In this document: positions 25,418 through 41,279 of the stretch, in pieces
How positions within the stretch are numbered: the first letter of the stretch is position 1
Layout: each line of letters opens with the position of its first letter
Assembly: GCA_010093605.1 (NCBI GenBank)
Contig: MU004202.1
Location: 321,560-385,559 of the forward strand
Reading direction: 5' to 3'
Origin: Lophium mytilinum
Taxonomy: Eukaryota
DNA length: 64,000 bases
Program-made: the position numbers and the translations under genes
The notes under the pieces: model-generated
The model's input: only the letters and a program-made list of their open reading frames with translations
Told to the model about the DNA's origin: nothing
Databases searched by the model: none

Positions 25418-28400
25418 TATTAGAGCTTAAGGTTAGAATATTAGAATTATTAAATTAAATAGTATTAATATTAATAAAAGATAAATATAAGAGAGGAAGA
25501 GGTTCCTAGAATAAATATTATAATAATCTAAAGGGCGGAGTAATATTTATCTATTCTATAGAGCCTCTATTATATAACCTCTAGTTACATATTATATATA
25601 AATATATAGCTATAATATATCTCCCCTCTTTAAAGAAGCCCCCTAATTAAAGCCTTCTTCTTATAAGAGAGTCCTTTCTATACTAGAGTATCTATAATTA
25701 CTTAAATATCTATTAAATAAGTGCTAGGTTATACTAGAGTTATAATTTAAATAAAGGAAATAAATTAATTTATAGAGGATTACTTATTCTTTCTATTTTT
25801 ATGCAGCCTTCTATAGCCTTACTATTTAGTATAGTATTATATAGCTACTTTCTTAGTCTACTAGTATTACTATATATAGTATTACCGTGTATAGTATTAC
25901 TATCTTATTATTTATTTAAACTAGGGCCGGCTATAATAGGGCTATAAGAAGCTATATAGCCTTTATAGCTACTAGCCTACTACTAGATACTTATAATAAT
26001 CTATACTATTCCGCATTAATTATTACGTACGTCCGTGGTTAGGTCTTCTTAATAAATTAATTTAACTACTAGTCTAGTAATTAAATTATATAGCTTCTAT
26101 AACGTTAGTTATATAGAGGTCTATAGCGGTAAGAATAGTAGCTAAGGTTAGCTTCTAGTCTAATAGTAGTTAGAATAATAGGTAGAGGCCTAGTTTCTTA
26201 GAGTATCTATAGTAGAAATCTATAATAAGGTATAGGTAACTATTAGCGTAATTATAGTTATTCTATTAAGGCTTATTATTCTATCTAATAAACTTAATCT
26301 TATATTATAGTATGCCCCTTTTTCTAGTAGTAGAATTAAGATATCTTCTATCTAGGCAGCTATCTATAACCTCTTTAGCATCGCCTTCCTAGTATATAGG
26401 TGTTATTTTAATAGGGGGAGGCTTAGAATTATATTATTCTTTTATAGAAATAGCATTAGCTAGATAAAGAAGCTATAGGTAGAATACTAGATAGATATTC
26501 TCTATACCTTTTAGTAGGTTAAGCTTATACGCGCTTCTATTTTTATAGCTTTCTAGAATCTTAAAAGGGCCTAGCTTCTTAAAGTTAAGCTTTTTATTTA
26601 GGCGCGTAGTTTTAATAAAGCGTCTATCTAATATAACTTAGTTACCGGGGTAATATATATAAGCTAGTTATTATTCTATATTAGTATATTTTTTTTATTT
26701 AGCTTAGGCCTATTTAATTTCTATACGGAGAAACGCATGCAATTTATCTATTCTAGTAATAAATTTATCTACAAGTTTTATAAGACGAGCCGTCGGCGCG
26801 TTTTTATTAGGTAATTACGCGGCTAGTGCGGTACCTATACTAGGAATATAACCCTTAGTAGCTATAAAGAAGGCTACTCTAGTAGACGCGTTCTTTACTA
26901 AGTTAGCTTTAAACTTAGTAATAGCGAGAAAGTTATACTAGTTATCTTACTAGTAGTTAATATAAGCCCTAAGGTATTACTTTAGGCCTATATTAGTAAC
27001 TTCCGTTTATCTATCTATTTTAGAATAAAATATAGTAGAAAGCTTTAGTTTTATTTTAATGCACTTATATAGGCGGGACTAGAAGATTAAGATAAATTAT
27101 ATTCCTCTATTAGAAATAATAGACTATAGATATTCTTTAGTGCGCTATACCTATTTAAGAAAGGCTTAGATAACTTTTTTAGCGTCTATAGTAACTATAG
27201 GGATAAACTTATACATCTTAAAGAGCCTATTAATAACTACTATAATATATTAATAGTCCTATCTAAATTATAAGTATTTTAGTAGAGGGCTAATAAAGTC
27301 TACTATTAGATTAGTCTAGTATTACTTAGAAATAGAGAGTAGCTTAAGAAAGCCTTATTTTACCTCGCGTGCATGTTTAATACGGTTGCACGGCTAGTAA
27401 GCCTTAATATAGCGGTTAACGTTAGAGGTTATTTATAGCTAGAAGTAATACATTAAGATATAGTTATAGGTGGATGTAGTTCTACTATAACTAACTAGTA
27501 GGGGTTTATATAGGCTTTTAATAATAGCTAATTAAAGTTCTTCTTTAGTAAAAATATATAAGCGGTTCTTCTAAATAAATATAAGGCTATTATAGATTAT
27601 ATAATTATAGAGCTTAAGTTTAATACTATAGTTCTTAATAATGTTAGTAGGTAGGCGGCGTAGCTTAGCTCTAATAGCGTTCTTAATAGCGTTGCTAACT
27701 ATATTAGTAGTAAGGGTATCTTATATATAATCTATAATATCTTACTCTACTATACTATTAGTAAGGTTATTCTATAACTCCCCCTACCTACTTAGTAACT
27801 CTAGTAGTTCTTTATTAGAGTTACTCTAAAACTCTCCCTAATTAAGTTTTACTTTACTAAGATTATATATTATTACTATTAGAGATACTACGCTATAGGT
27901 AACACTATTAGTTATAATATAAGCTAGTTTAATAGTATAGTATATGCTAGGTTTAAGATTATAGTTCTTAAGAATAGTTTATTACTAGATTTTATAGCGC
28001 TTATTATCCTAATCTAGTATATCGCCTAGGCGCCTAGTTAGTAAATTAGCCTTACTATTATTTTTACCTAGCCTATAAGTAATCTAGAAGTTAAACTTAG
28101 AGAGAAATTTAGCCTATCTAGCTTATCTATAATTAAGTTACTTAGTTTCTATAAAGTACTATAACGTCTAGTAGTTTAAAAGGACTTTAATAGGGTTACT
28201 ATAGCTATAACTAGTAAGTTCTATACACTATTCTTTAAAGGCGCGGATAATTGCTAGAAGTTCTTTATTATAAATTTAATAATTTAGTTAGACTATACTT
28301 ATTTAGTAAGATATAAACGCGATAGAATAGAAAACGCTATTAGCTTATATTTAAGATAGTATAGTAGCTATAATAGTATTAAATGTATTATATTCTACCT

Positions 28401-31400
28401 AAGTCTCTAGATCTAGATTAAAGTAGGCTATCTAAGAAGCGTTAATAAACGCTTATTTTATCTACTTAAAGGAGAAGTTCTCTAAGCTACCTTTCTACTA
28501 TAGAAAGGTAAACTACTTATAAACCTCTACTCTAGTAAGTCTAGTAAGTGGCCCTGCAATATTAGAATAGGCAATAATAAATTATTAGTAGAAGTTATAG
28601 AAACCTAGAAAAGCTTATATATCGCGGAGGTTCTATAGTTATAGCTAGTTAATAACTATTTTAACTTTAGCTGGGTCTATCTTAAGGCCGTTAACGCTAA
28701 TAATAACGCCTAGGTATTTAACCTCCTATTTATAGAACTCGCATTTTATAATATTAAAAAATAGGCTAGCTTTATAAAGTTATTAGAGGACTTTCTTAAT
28801 ATAACTAATATATTCTTTAAGCATTTTACTAAAGATAAGAATATTATTAAGGTAGGCTATATAGAAGTTATCTAAGTATTCTAAGAGAATATTATTAATA
28901 AAGGCTTAAAATATTGCTAGGGCATTATATAAGCTAAAGAGTAGAATAGTAAATTTAAATAGGCTGTATTTAGTAAGAAAGGCTATATATTTCTTGTCTC
29001 CTTTACGCATTCTAATCGCGTTAAAGGTAGTAATAACGTTAAATTTAGTATAGTAGCAAGCGTATTTTAGTAATACTAAAGTATCCTTTACAGCTAGTAG
29101 AACGTTACAGGCCTTAATTGTAATAGCGTTAAGGCTATAGTAGTTAATATAAATACGGAGGCCCCCTTCTAGTTTATAGATAATAATAACGGGTATAGTA
29201 TATTAGCTATTACTTTTTCTAATATACTCTTTTCTATATATTTTATTAATAAAGGTTTTAATAACTAACATCTTATTATATAAAAGGCTATATATCTTTT
29301 AAGCTAGAGCTTTACTACTAGGTTTAATATTAATATAATAATTAATATCTATACTATCTTTAGCTTTATAGCGCGGTAGTAGCTTATTAGCTTTCTTTAG
29401 GTTTTATATATTAAGGAAGCCCTAATATTTCTAGAGTATAAGCGCCTTAAGTTTCTTATAAGTTATAGGGGTGCGGTCTATCTTCTTAAAGAACTTTTAT
29501 TAGTTGTCTTTTAATATAGCGTAGAGACTAATAGCTAATAGATTATTAGTAAAGTTAGCTAGGCCTATAATAATATTACCGGGTGTATATAGTTATTCTT
29601 TAGCGCGCGCTAGAGCTTCTACTTTCTTATCTATAAGTACTAGTTTAAAGTACTTAGGCTATATATAGATAGTATCTTTCTCTAGTAACTACTAGACATT
29701 ATATAAATACTTATTACTAGATACTATATTAATATTAAGCGCTTTAAAAGTAGCAAGCTAAGCGTTAAGCTTTTACTAGAATAGGCGCTTACTAGTGCGG
29801 GTAATAGGGTTCTTAGACTAGATATAAATAGGTTTATAGTTAACTAGGCACTAGAAGCAGTAGTAATTTAAGTCTAGCTGTATTATTTAGATACTAAATT
29901 TTATATAAGTATTATATATTATAAGCTAGCCTATACTAAGAATAATATTATATTCTTTAAGGTTATAGATAAGAGCCTAGAATTTATTATAGTATCCTTT
30001 AATTTATATAGTAACTTTAGCTGCTTTATTAATAACTAATATAGAGCTATTTAGTAGTTTAATATTGCGTGGAGTAGCTTTATAGATATTAAGGTAGTAA
30101 TATTTTATAAAGTTTATAGAGATAAATATAAATCTGCCGCATCTAGAGTCTATAAAAACTATAGATTTAACTATTCTAGTTAAAGTCTTAATTTTATAGT
30201 TAAAGTCTATCTATTTACTTAATAATAGGGTAAGTCTAATAGTATAAGCTAAGAGTTTAATATTAGGGGGTTTTAGAGGGGGTAGCTTAAGCTTCTAAAT
30301 ATATGCAAGAGCTTAAGCTAGCGTATCTTCTAACTATCTCTAACAATAACTTTTATTAGAGATTAAGTATTTCCTAAACTATTAGAATAAACCCCTTAGT
30401 TATTATCTTATTCTTATTTATTCTTATATTTATATTTATACTAATACTTCTAGTTACTACTATAGTTAAAGGCGTTAAGTTCTATACTATTAATGCTAGC
30501 AGTAGTAAGGCGCTTATTACGCTAGGTCTCTATTATTATCTTTCTAGCTATAGCGCATTTAGAGTTGCTAGCATAGTAGTTCTTCTTAAAGTAGCTAAAG
30601 TAGCGTTCTTCTTTACTTAGGCGCAAGCAAATATATAGTAGAATACTTAGTAATAGAACTATAGTAGTCTTCTTAACTATAATATAGTTATTAGTCTTAG
30701 TAGTAGATACTTTACGCTAGGTCTAGTTAGGGTTATAATAAGCTTAGTTAAAGTCGCAATAGCTGTCCTGCGCGTGCGTATTATTTAAGCGGCGAGCTAA
30801 GATTTATATAGTAAGGAGCTCTTTATTAGCTTACTTTTTACATTAAATATAGTAATAGTCCTTATATAGAATATTATCTTTTACCTAGTACTAGGTAGAT
30901 AAACTAAAGTTAATATATTTAGTAAGATCTATATATAGTATTTTCTTAAGGTAATAGTATTAGGTTATAAGGCTGTTATTAATTTTACTATACTTAAGCC
31001 CGTTAAGAACAACGTTAAGGCGTTATAGAAAGTCTAACGTCTTTTTATTATATTACTATTTTATGCCTTTACTATTAAGCTAGTTAAAAAGGTAATTATA
31101 ATAAATAGCATTACTCTTCTAGAATATAGTATCTAGGTTCTAGATAAGTTTCTTAAGTAAATAATATAGATTAGTAGACGTAAGAAGACTATAGTCTTCT
31201 ATAACTTTATACGCGCGCCCCTTATAATAGCTAATAGTAAGCTAGATTTAAGTTATAGTAGTAGAGTAGGTCTATTAGTCTACTTAAACTAGGTAGATTA
31301 AGTAGTTCTTCTAGGCCGTATATACTATAGCTTCTAATTTAAAATCCTATAGGTATATATATTTAGAGCGAGAATCTTATAGTTATCTATATTAAGAATA

Positions 31401-33984
31401 GATAGGTCTATATACTTATAGCTAAGTAAACCCGCCTAGTTAACTTAGGTTTAGATTATCTCTACCTCTACCTTCTACAGCTATAAAGTGTTAACCTAGG
31501 ATGCAATTATATTAAAAGTTATCTAGGTTAAGAGTATATAGTTCTACTAGAGGTAGAGAAGAAGCCTTATTAGTAGAATTATAATTAGGGTGTTTATCTA
31601 TATATAGATTATTAGGTTGTCCTACTACTATATTCTATTAGACTTAAGCTTTAAGCTAGGTAATCCATGTTAAGGTCTATTAGTATTTAGCTTCTAGGTT
31701 ATTAAGCTAAAGGGTTTAGGCCTAGAAGTTAGTATACTTTCTATTACATAGGCGTTATACGCGGGCTAACTCTATTTACTTAGACTTAAGTTTATAGTTA
31801 AGAGTATAGACCTGCATCTAAAGCTTAGAGAGTTTACTATTAGTAAGTAAATATTTCTTATTTAGGTTCTTAATAGTAGTATTAGCAGCGTCTTATTCTT
31901 ATATAGTAATATTTATTCTATACCTAGAGTTATTGCAGTTCTTATCTACTAGTATAATATAGTTCTACTATTATTATAGTGCTAGTTAAATATTCTAAAT
32001 AAGCTTCTATAGGTTCTAAAGCTTATATTATTCTTATAGTCTATTACTATACTATATCTTAAAGATAGAGCCGCTAGCGCGCTATATAATTATAAGATAT
32101 AATTATTAATAGTCTTCTACGCATATTATAATATATTACTTATTACTCTATTCTATACCCGCTACTTACTAGGCTAAGTTAGAAGTATTAAGTCTAGTAA
32201 TTAATTTAACGCGGGTAGATTAGTATTATAATAGAGATATATTAGAGAAGGAAATACTATAAACTAGTAGTATTCTTAGATACTTAGGGTCGCGTAACTA
32301 ATGTATTTTAGAAATAGTATTATAGTACGCTATAGTATTAGAAGTATTAATAGTAATACCTTAATATACTATCTTAAGCTTATTTACTTTATTATCTTTA
32401 TTATTACTAAACTAACGTTCCTTCTCTTAATAGTCTTATTTATTAGCTAAATTAAAGTTAAAGAAAGAGCTATTATTATAGGCAGCAGTTATATTATTAA
32501 GGCCGGTAGTTATATTCGCGAGTTTATTAGGTAAATTAAAATTGCCTAGTATATAGCTACTAACGCGGGAGAGTAGAAGTATAGCCTTCTCTACTAGAAA
32601 AGCTAGAGTAACTAGTAGGGGTTTATCTATAGTACTAAATTTAGTTTAATAATATTATAGCTTAGCGGGTATTACTAGAGGAATTAGTCTAATAGATAGA
32701 GCTAGCTATAAGATAGCGGCTAGTATTTAGAACTAGAACTAAGTCGCTTAGAAGGGTAGATTTACTAGCTAAATAAGAGAAGGCTATAGGCTATAATTAA
32801 TCTATATTATATTATTATTATTATCTTCTATAAGAAGATACTATAGGTTTAGGGCGCCTTCTTAATATAATATAATGCTAATGCGGCGGGGGTTAATAGA
32901 GATACTATTAGCGTTACTAAATAGGCGTCTAGCTATAGAGTATCTACTAGAGATAGAGTTACTAAACTATAGAGCTTTAGCGTAGTTAAAAGTATAGTAG
33001 TTAGAGTTAGCTATATAAGAAGGTAAAAAAAAAGTTAATATAGAAGAAAGAAAACTTAAAGGGGCGAGGTATTAAATTTATATGTAAGGGCCTATTAAAT
33101 TTAGGTTATTTACTATATGCGCTGGGCGCCTAGAAGGTTTAAAAGGGGCGCTAGTTGCACTTAGTTGCGGGACTACCTAGAGGGTTATAGTAAATAATAA
33201 TATTAGGTAGTCTATTTATATAATAGGTAGTATATAGAAAATAGGTAGTCTATAGATATTTATTCTATAATACTAAGTATATGCGCAGGCTAGCTATTAT
33301 TAATACTAAGCTTTCTAGGCGTTAGTCTCTATATAGTAATAGTAATTAATTAGTAATACTAGGCGCGCGCACGCACTATTATTAATACTAAGCTTTCTAG
33401 GCATTAGTCTCTATATAGTAATAGTAAAATAGATAGAAGAAGAAGTTATAGAGCCGTTAAAGTAAATAGATAAGAATTAGTAAGAACTTTCTAGGGTACT
33501 ACTACTACCCCTCTATTATAGGGGCTTATTATAAGCGCTGCTATAGTTATAAGGTCTACTATCTAGCTTTATATATAATAGCTAGATTGCTTTATTAGGG
33601 GCCCGCGGCGCTACTAATAGAAATACTATATTAGTATAGCCTTTATTAGGGGTCTATAATACTACTAATAGTTACTATATAAATATAGGTATACTATAGC
33701 TTATTATAAGAGCGCACTCTATTATAGAAAATTTTCTAGGGGTTACTTTTATTGCTCCTAGAAGCTAGAAGGGTATTTATCTTATATTAGAGCTTAAGGT
33801 TAGAACATTAGAATTATTAAATTAAATAGTATTAATATTAATAAAAGATAAATATAAGAGAGAAAGAGGTTTCTAGAATAAATGTTATAATAACCTAAAG
33901 GGCGGAGTAATATTTATCTATTCTATAGAGCCTCCGTTATATAACCTCTAGTTACGTGTTATGCGTAAACGTATAGCTATAATA
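25418..33984 (-). mobile_element. Gypsy/Ty3 (chromovirus-like) LTR retrotransposon D, 8567 bp, innermost, inserted in the 5'/gag region of C; LTRs 25418-25617 and 33785-33984
   Basis: 200-bp LTR pair, TSD CTATC (25413-25417 / 33985-33989), minus-strand PPT ~25620-25631, RT AYLNNILIF (=YLDD) ~28831-28858. Confidence 0.93.
33294..33427. repeat. Direct duplication of ~52 bp in the 5' leader of Gypsy D
   Basis: CTATTATTAATACTAAGCTTTCTAGGC(G/A)TTAGTCTCTATATAGTAATAGTAA occurs at ~33294 and ~33376. Confidence 0.85.
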
Positions 33985-36900
33985 CTATCTAACTAAGTAG
34001 TATAAGTATATTAGTAAGCTACTTAATATAGCTATAGTAGAGGCGCTTAATACCTAGAACTTCTATACTATTAAGGTAGACTTCTAGAATATAGAAAGCC
34101 CTATTACCTTTAACCTTCTTCTAGATTTATATAATATTAAGAACCTAACTATAAAGCTAGAAGGTACTATATTCTAGAGCTTATTTAAGTTCTATTAATA
34201 GATAAACTCTAAGCTACTTAAAGCCTTTAAACTACTACACGCGCTAGTTAAGAGTACTAATATCTATATTAATAACTACAGTGCTAGCTTAAAGAAATAG
34301 AAATATATATCTATAAACCTTTATAAGAAGTTTAATAATATAGATAAGAAACTTAGAAACTTAAAGATCTAGCTTAATAACTTTAAGCTTAGCCTCTAGG
34401 CTGCCTAGGCGCACGTATATAACCTCTAATAATAATAGTCTAAGCCTACTAAGATATCTAAAGAACCCGTTTATTTTAACAATAATAAGCGGCGCGATAA
34501 TAACGTTAACTATTAGTGGATAAACGGCGGGGCCGGAGAATAACCCCTAGGTAGGCCTAATAACTATAGTTATAATAGCTATAATAATAATACCTATATA
34601 GAGCCTATATATACTTCTTCTACTCTATATATAAACCTCTATAGTAGTAGTAACTAAGTCTACTATTCTACCTCTCTATATAATAAATAATTAGATAACT
34701 AATATTATAATAATAGCTACTATAATAGCTATACTCTACTATATATTTAGCTACTATTATTAATATTCTACTAGTGCACCTACTACTAGCTGGACCCGGT
34801 TATATTTAATAGAGAGGACCTAGATATATATCTAATCTAGCGTAGTAAGGTTCTTACTAAGATTTACTACGCCTTTTCTAATAAGATAGATAACTATAAG
34901 CTTAATTATATTAAGAGCGTTCTCTTAGGCGGACCCTTTAAGCGCATTTAGGTATACTACTATAATTAGGTTATCTATAATAAGATTAACGCCCTCTATT
35001 CTCTAGATAATAGATATAGTAAATATAATATTAAGGCTAAGGCCCTATTATAGCTAGAAACTCTTTATATAGGTAATAATTTATTTACTATATTTTATAA
35101 CTATTTTCTAGATATTACTAGTAACCTTAACCGGGGGGCCGCTAAGCTTATCTATTAGTTTAAGACACATCTTATACTATATCTATAATTTAAGCTTATT
35201 AATAGCGTAATATATAATTATTTTAATAATTTTATATAATATATCTATACTATAGATATATAGAATATAGCCTTCTAGTAGGCTAAGAAGTATAATACTC
35301 TTATCTTCTAGCTCTATTAGACTACGGCGTTAACTATAATAATAACTACTTAATCTATCTATAGTAGGGGCCGTAGCTATAGCAGCTACTTATCTACGCC
35401 CGCTATAGGTGCTAATATAATAACTTTAACTATAATAACCTTAACTATAATAACTTTAAACGCCCTATAGGCTTCTACTATTATAGCTATAGCTAGTATA
35501 GAATAGCGCCTATATGCTATAAACCCGGCGGATAAACTAGCGTATATTTAAAGTATTAGTAAGCTTACTAAGAGTAATAAGAAAAGAACGCGCGTAGCTA
35601 GCGCTTATAACTGCTACCGCTGCGTTAGTTATTATACTATTAATAATAATTACCCCCTCTAAAACTTCTCTATTTAGATAACTAGCGGCCTTTCTCTCCG
35701 CGCTACTAATACTATATTTTCTAGCTAGGAAAATAAGTAGTTCTTAAGTATAGTTGCGCCTAAGGACTTATTATAATTAATTATAAAATAACCCTATTAA
35801 TTACTCTATTATTAACTCTATTATTAACCCTATTATCTACCCTCTATTCTATACTAACTTTCTCTAAGTGCGGCAACTTAGTTTCTATAGATAATAACCT
35901 TCTAGAACTATAAAGAAAGGACTAGAAACTATATAAAAGCTACTATAGGGGTACTAAATATAGAATACCTAAAAAGTACTAAATAAAGAAGGTAGTAGAA
36001 CCCCTACTATAATTTAATACCCTCTTTTAGCTATAGGAAGTTCTTAAGTATATTAAGAATAATAAGAACTAGCTAGAACTTTATATTTCCGCTATAGCTA
36101 TTATATATACTTAGCACGACATTATAAAGCTCTAGCTAAAGAAAGGTAGTTAGTACTTACTTTCTTATTCTATAGTATTAGATAGTAATTAAATTATTTA
36201 TACTTACTCTCTCTCTAATAATAGTATAATATTCTCTTTTATTAATTAATTATTTACGCGTAAATATAAAATATATTATATTCCCCTTAATTTACCTTAC
36301 TACCTAATATATATTAATAATTTTAATTCTACCTAATCTATTATATACGCGGTAATTATTAATATTACTATAGGCTTCTATATAGAATAATTAATCTACT
36401 ATATAGTAGACCTAGAATATATACCTATAGTACTTAGTACTAATTAGTATAAAACCTATAACCTAGAGATTAACTTTATTAAGAAAAGCTTCTACTTCTA
36501 TTAATTATAATACTATAATCTATACTACTATAGTAATAGCGTACCTATAAAGATCTTCTATAAGGGCGCTATATAGCCCGCCGGGCTAGTTAAACTTTAG
36601 TCTATATTTCTATTTATAATATCTATTAGTTCTATAGAACGCTATATTTAATATACTAAACCTAAAGACCTTATTTAAATCTATAGGCTAGAGTTTATTC
36701 CTGCACTAGATAACTCCTTATTTAAAACACCCGTAATAGGATATATTATTAACGTCCTAGAAGGGAACAGCACGCTTAAGCTGCACGCCTTATTAGTTAA
36801 TAAATATAATAAGTTTATAAAAGAACGTAGAATATATTTATTAGATAAACTATAGAAATAATTAAATAAGTATTTCCACCCTTAGGTTAATATATAGTTA

Positions 36901-39900
36901 TAATAGGAAGCAGGAAACCTACTACTATACTATAACTATAACTATATAATTCTTCTATAACTAGACGCCCTACTACCTAAGTATAAGACCTAAGCTATTT
37001 TAAAAGAGAAGAACTATATTATCTATAATAAGCTCTAGAAGCTACTTAGTAATAGGTTTATTAAGAATAGTAATTCTTCTACGCACGCGCCCGTGCTTCT
37101 TATTAAGAAACTAGATAGAACTTACTAGTTCTATGTTAATTACCGCGGCCTTAATACTATTACTATAAAGAATTAATACCTAATTCTAATTATCTAGAAG
37201 ACGCTTAACTATCTCTATAAAGCTAAATAGTACACTAAATTAGATATTATTTCTACCTTTAATCGCGTACGTATTAAGCCTAGTAATAAATAGAAAATAG
37301 TATTTATTATATGCTATAGAATATTCTAATCTAAAGTTTTAAAATTTAGCATATATAACGGCCCTAGTACTTTCTAGATATTTATTAATAATATATTATA
37401 TAAATACCTAGATAACTTCTATTTAGCCTATATAGATAATATATTAGTATTTATAGATAGAACTAAGAAGGACTATATTGCCTATATATAAAAAGTCTTA
37501 GACTAACTATATAAGGTAGGCCTCTTTCTTAATATTAATAAGTGTAAATTTCTTATTAAATGTATTAAATACCTTAGCCTTATTATTATAACTAAGGGCG
37601 TTAAGATAGACCTAGATAAAGTTAAAGTAGTTACTAAATAGGCTACTTCTATATGCCTTAAGAACGTTTAGGCCTTTTTAGGCCCAGCTAATTTCTATAG
37701 GTAATTTATACAGGGCTTTTTATAATTATATAAGCCGCTTACTAACCTCTTATAGAAAGAACTAGACGGGCGTATCTATTTTAAATAGATAATAAGCTAC
37801 TAAAAGGCCTTTAATAACCTTAAAATAGCGTTTACTACTACGCCCTATCTTAAATACTTTAATCCTAACTAGAAGTTACGCATTAAAACTAACGCATCTA
37901 ACTATATAGCTGCAGGCATATTCTTACAGCTATATAATAATAGTATATAGCACCCGGTTATATTCTACTCTTATAAAATAATACTAGTAGAGTATAACTA
38001 TAAGATTTATAATAAAGAGTTGCTTACTATTATTCTTACCTTTAAAGAATAGAAACTATAGTATTAAGGTAATAAATACTAGAAACCTATATAAGTACTA
38101 ATAGATTACTAAAATCTATTATACTTTATAATAACCTAATAACTAAACTAGCGGTAGATGCGCTAGCTCTAGATTCTCTTAGAAATTAACTACGTTTTAA
38201 TATACCGGCCTAGCTGCCTAGAAACTAAACTAGATAGTCTTATGCGCTGCAGCTAAGATCTACCGCAATCTAATAATAATAAATAATTTCTATTTTAATA
38301 ATAAACTATAATTAAAATAAAGAACCTTACCTCTAAGGTATTAAAAGAGCTCTACCTCTATACTATAGGCGTTATAAGTTATAACCGGCCCCTATATAAA
38401 CTTATTAAGGAGGCCTATAATATAGATAAGGCCGCGTTCTAGAAGGGGGGCAGCAACCTAGATAACTAGTTAGATAACTATCTAGTCTACTATATTATAG
38501 CGCTTAAGTAACGCAGTAATTAGAAGCTTCTACGTAATATTCTAAAGGATAAGCGCGTCTAACTATTAATAAGTAAGCTAGAGGTTATAGATAATAAACT
38601 ATAGGTCCTCTATAAGGACTTCTAATAACTATTTATACTATAGTTAGCTATACTCTAGCTTTAAATTATATAGCTAGAATATAACTATACTAGTATAGGT
38701 TATAGAGGCTATATAGACTGCCTCTAGTATATATACTCTAGCTACTACTAGCTATAGTTTACTAAATTAATTATAACCTATATTAACACTTACTAGCGCT
38801 ACTATAATATTAAGCCCTCTAACTTTACTAAGTAAGGTTTCTTATGCCTCTTACCCGTCCCCCTTTATTACTAGCGTAATATTACTATAGACTATATAGT
38901 TAACTTACCTATCTATAAGTATTACGGCCGTAAGTATTATTATATACTAGTTATAATTAATAGACTCTTAAAAGAATATTACTTTCTTACTATTACTTTA
39001 CTAGAAGTAGATAAGCTAGCTAAAGTCTATTTCTAATAGATCTATTAACTATATAGACTACTAGCGTCTATTACTAGCAATCTAGAAATATAATTTACCT
39101 TTAAATTCTAGCAATATTTCTATTATTAGATATAATTATTACTAAATATATCTACCGCTTTCTACCTAGAAACTAATAGTTAAATAGAAATTACTAATAT
39201 AGATATAAAGAAATACCTATAAGCCTATATTAACTATATATAGAATAACTAGTATAATTTACTACCTTTAGCTAAACTTATAGCTAATACCTATATATTA
39301 ACTACTATAGGCCTATTACTATTCTTTATAAATTACAGCTATAACCCTTATTTAGAGCTTAAGCCACCTACTATTAAAAATAAGAAAATATCTAAAAATA
39401 AGGAAATTAAATAAGAACTAGCTAATAATATAGCTAAACGCCTAAAAGATATTAAGGTCTATCTATAGAACCGCATTATATAGGCTTAAGAGGAATAAGC
39501 TTACTAAGCTAACTACTACTATAATGCAGCTATAGATATATATATTAATAATATAGTCTAGCTTAACGCTAAGAATATTAAACTAGACCGCGCTAAGAAG
39601 GCTCTTAATAATAAGTTTATAGGCCCCTTCCGCGTTAACAAGGTTATTAATTAGGGCGCGGCCTTCTAATTAGACCTTCTATCTAATACTAAGATCTATA
39701 ATATCTTCTATTCTTTATTATTATAGCTTAATACTTCTAAACCTATTAAAGAATAGAATTACCCTAAGCCTATACTGCTACCTAAGCTAATCTAATAAGA
39801 GAATAATAATAAGCTAGTAGAGGAATTTATAGTCGCCTAAATTATTAACTTACGCGTTAAGAATAATAATATCTAATATAAGGTTTACTATATTAGTAGT

Positions 39901-41279
39901 ATATAACTATATAGATTCTAGTAACTATTTAGAAATTTTAAGGGCTGCCTCTATAAGGTTTTTAACTTCTATTATTATAGCCTATAGAAACCTAAACTAC
40001 CCGCTTACTTTATTAAACTAAAGAACTAGACTCTACCTACTTAGAACCTCTAGAATATTACTATATTATTATAATAGTCTAATATACCCTAAGATTCTAC
40101 GCCGCTATTAGATAGTAGAATTAATTAAGAATATCTACCTATACTAGTTTTATTAGCATACTCTACCTATATATAGAGCTACGCCTATATTAGCTATCTA
40201 ATATATAAGTTTAAATAGTAAGTCTTTTTTCTATAAGTTTTTATAGAAGCTTAGTTTTTTAAAGGGGGGGCATATATTATATTATTTCTTAGTATTCTCT
40301 TAGTAGTTATTAAGGTTAGAGGTTATTATATATATAGACATTATATAATCTCTAGGCTAAAGATTCTTCCAGCGCCTAGGGTTCTACCGGCGCGCACTTA
40401 ACTATATAGTAGGCTTGTAGCCGGAGCCTCTTTTCTCTCTACGTAACCTTATTAATAGAAATATAACTCCTTTCTAGCTATAAGCCTAATACTAGGTTAA
40501 GTTTATTAGTAATAGTTTAGTTCTAGTTCTAGTTTATAGATTTAGTAGTATTAACTTAATTATCTACTAAGTATTTAGGGCGCTAGATATCTATATACTA
40601 AGTATTATCTATAGTTTATAAGAAGGCTTAGATATTTAGAATTAGTTCTCTAGTTCTATATTATAAGCTAGAAATAATAGCTAGAGTAGAAGAGCCTTTA
40701 GCTACACCTTAAAAGTATATAAGTTGCGCAGCCTAGTAAGCTTTCTTATTACTAGTAGTTAATAGAGTTATAGAAGTATAGGTAATTAGTAGTCCTTTTA
40801 AAGTATTTAAATTAGCGCTATTTATAGTGCTTAGAGTCTTTAGATTATCTTAAAGCCTAGCTATTAGATTAACTAGCTTATTTAAAGAAGGCGGTGCTAG
40901 ATTATCTACTAGATTAAGTTTAGGTGCCGCGCGTAGCTATATAGCTAGGCTGGCTAGTATTTAAGTTATTTTAGTAAAAACGCCTAGATCTTATAATAGA
41001 GTTCTAGAAAAAATTAGTAAGATTCTAAGTATAGAAGAGTAAGCTTAAATTATATAGAGGGCTAATATAATATAAGTAATAAGGTATATTAACTATTATA
41101 AAAATCTAAGCTAAGAAGGAGAGAGAGAGCTAGAAGCTCTTAAGAGGTTATAGTTTAATACTAGTATATAGGCTACAGCCTAGCGCCTTAGGCTAGTATC
41201 TTACTTAGGTTATATAAGGGGCGGTATATAACCTTAGTATATAATTATTATAATTCTAGATTTATACTATAATATATTA

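Larger units (their letters stand above)
24747..40491 (+). mobile_element. Gypsy/Ty3 (chromovirus-like) LTR retrotransposon C, about 7.2 kb of own sequence, inserted in A; LTRs 24747-24963 and 40275-40491
   Basis: 217-bp LTR pair, TSD CTAGG (24742-24746 / 40492-40496), PPT AAAGGGGGGG at 40261-40270, RT AYIDNILVF at ~37426-37452, RNase H TNASNY (=TDAS) ~37888-37905, GPF ~39621, chromodomain relic ~39820-39980. Confidence 0.93.
9507..41274 (-). mobile_element. Gypsy/Ty3 LTR retrotransposon A, about 7.6 kb of own sequence, RIP-degenerated; LTRs ~9507-9728 and 41053-41274
   Basis: About 222-bp direct repeats, TSD TATTA (9502-9506 / 41275-41279), minus-strand polypurine tract at ~9729-9740, RT motif AYIDNILIY (YIDD) at ~21315-21340. 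Excising it restores the hAT transposase frame. Confidence 0.9.
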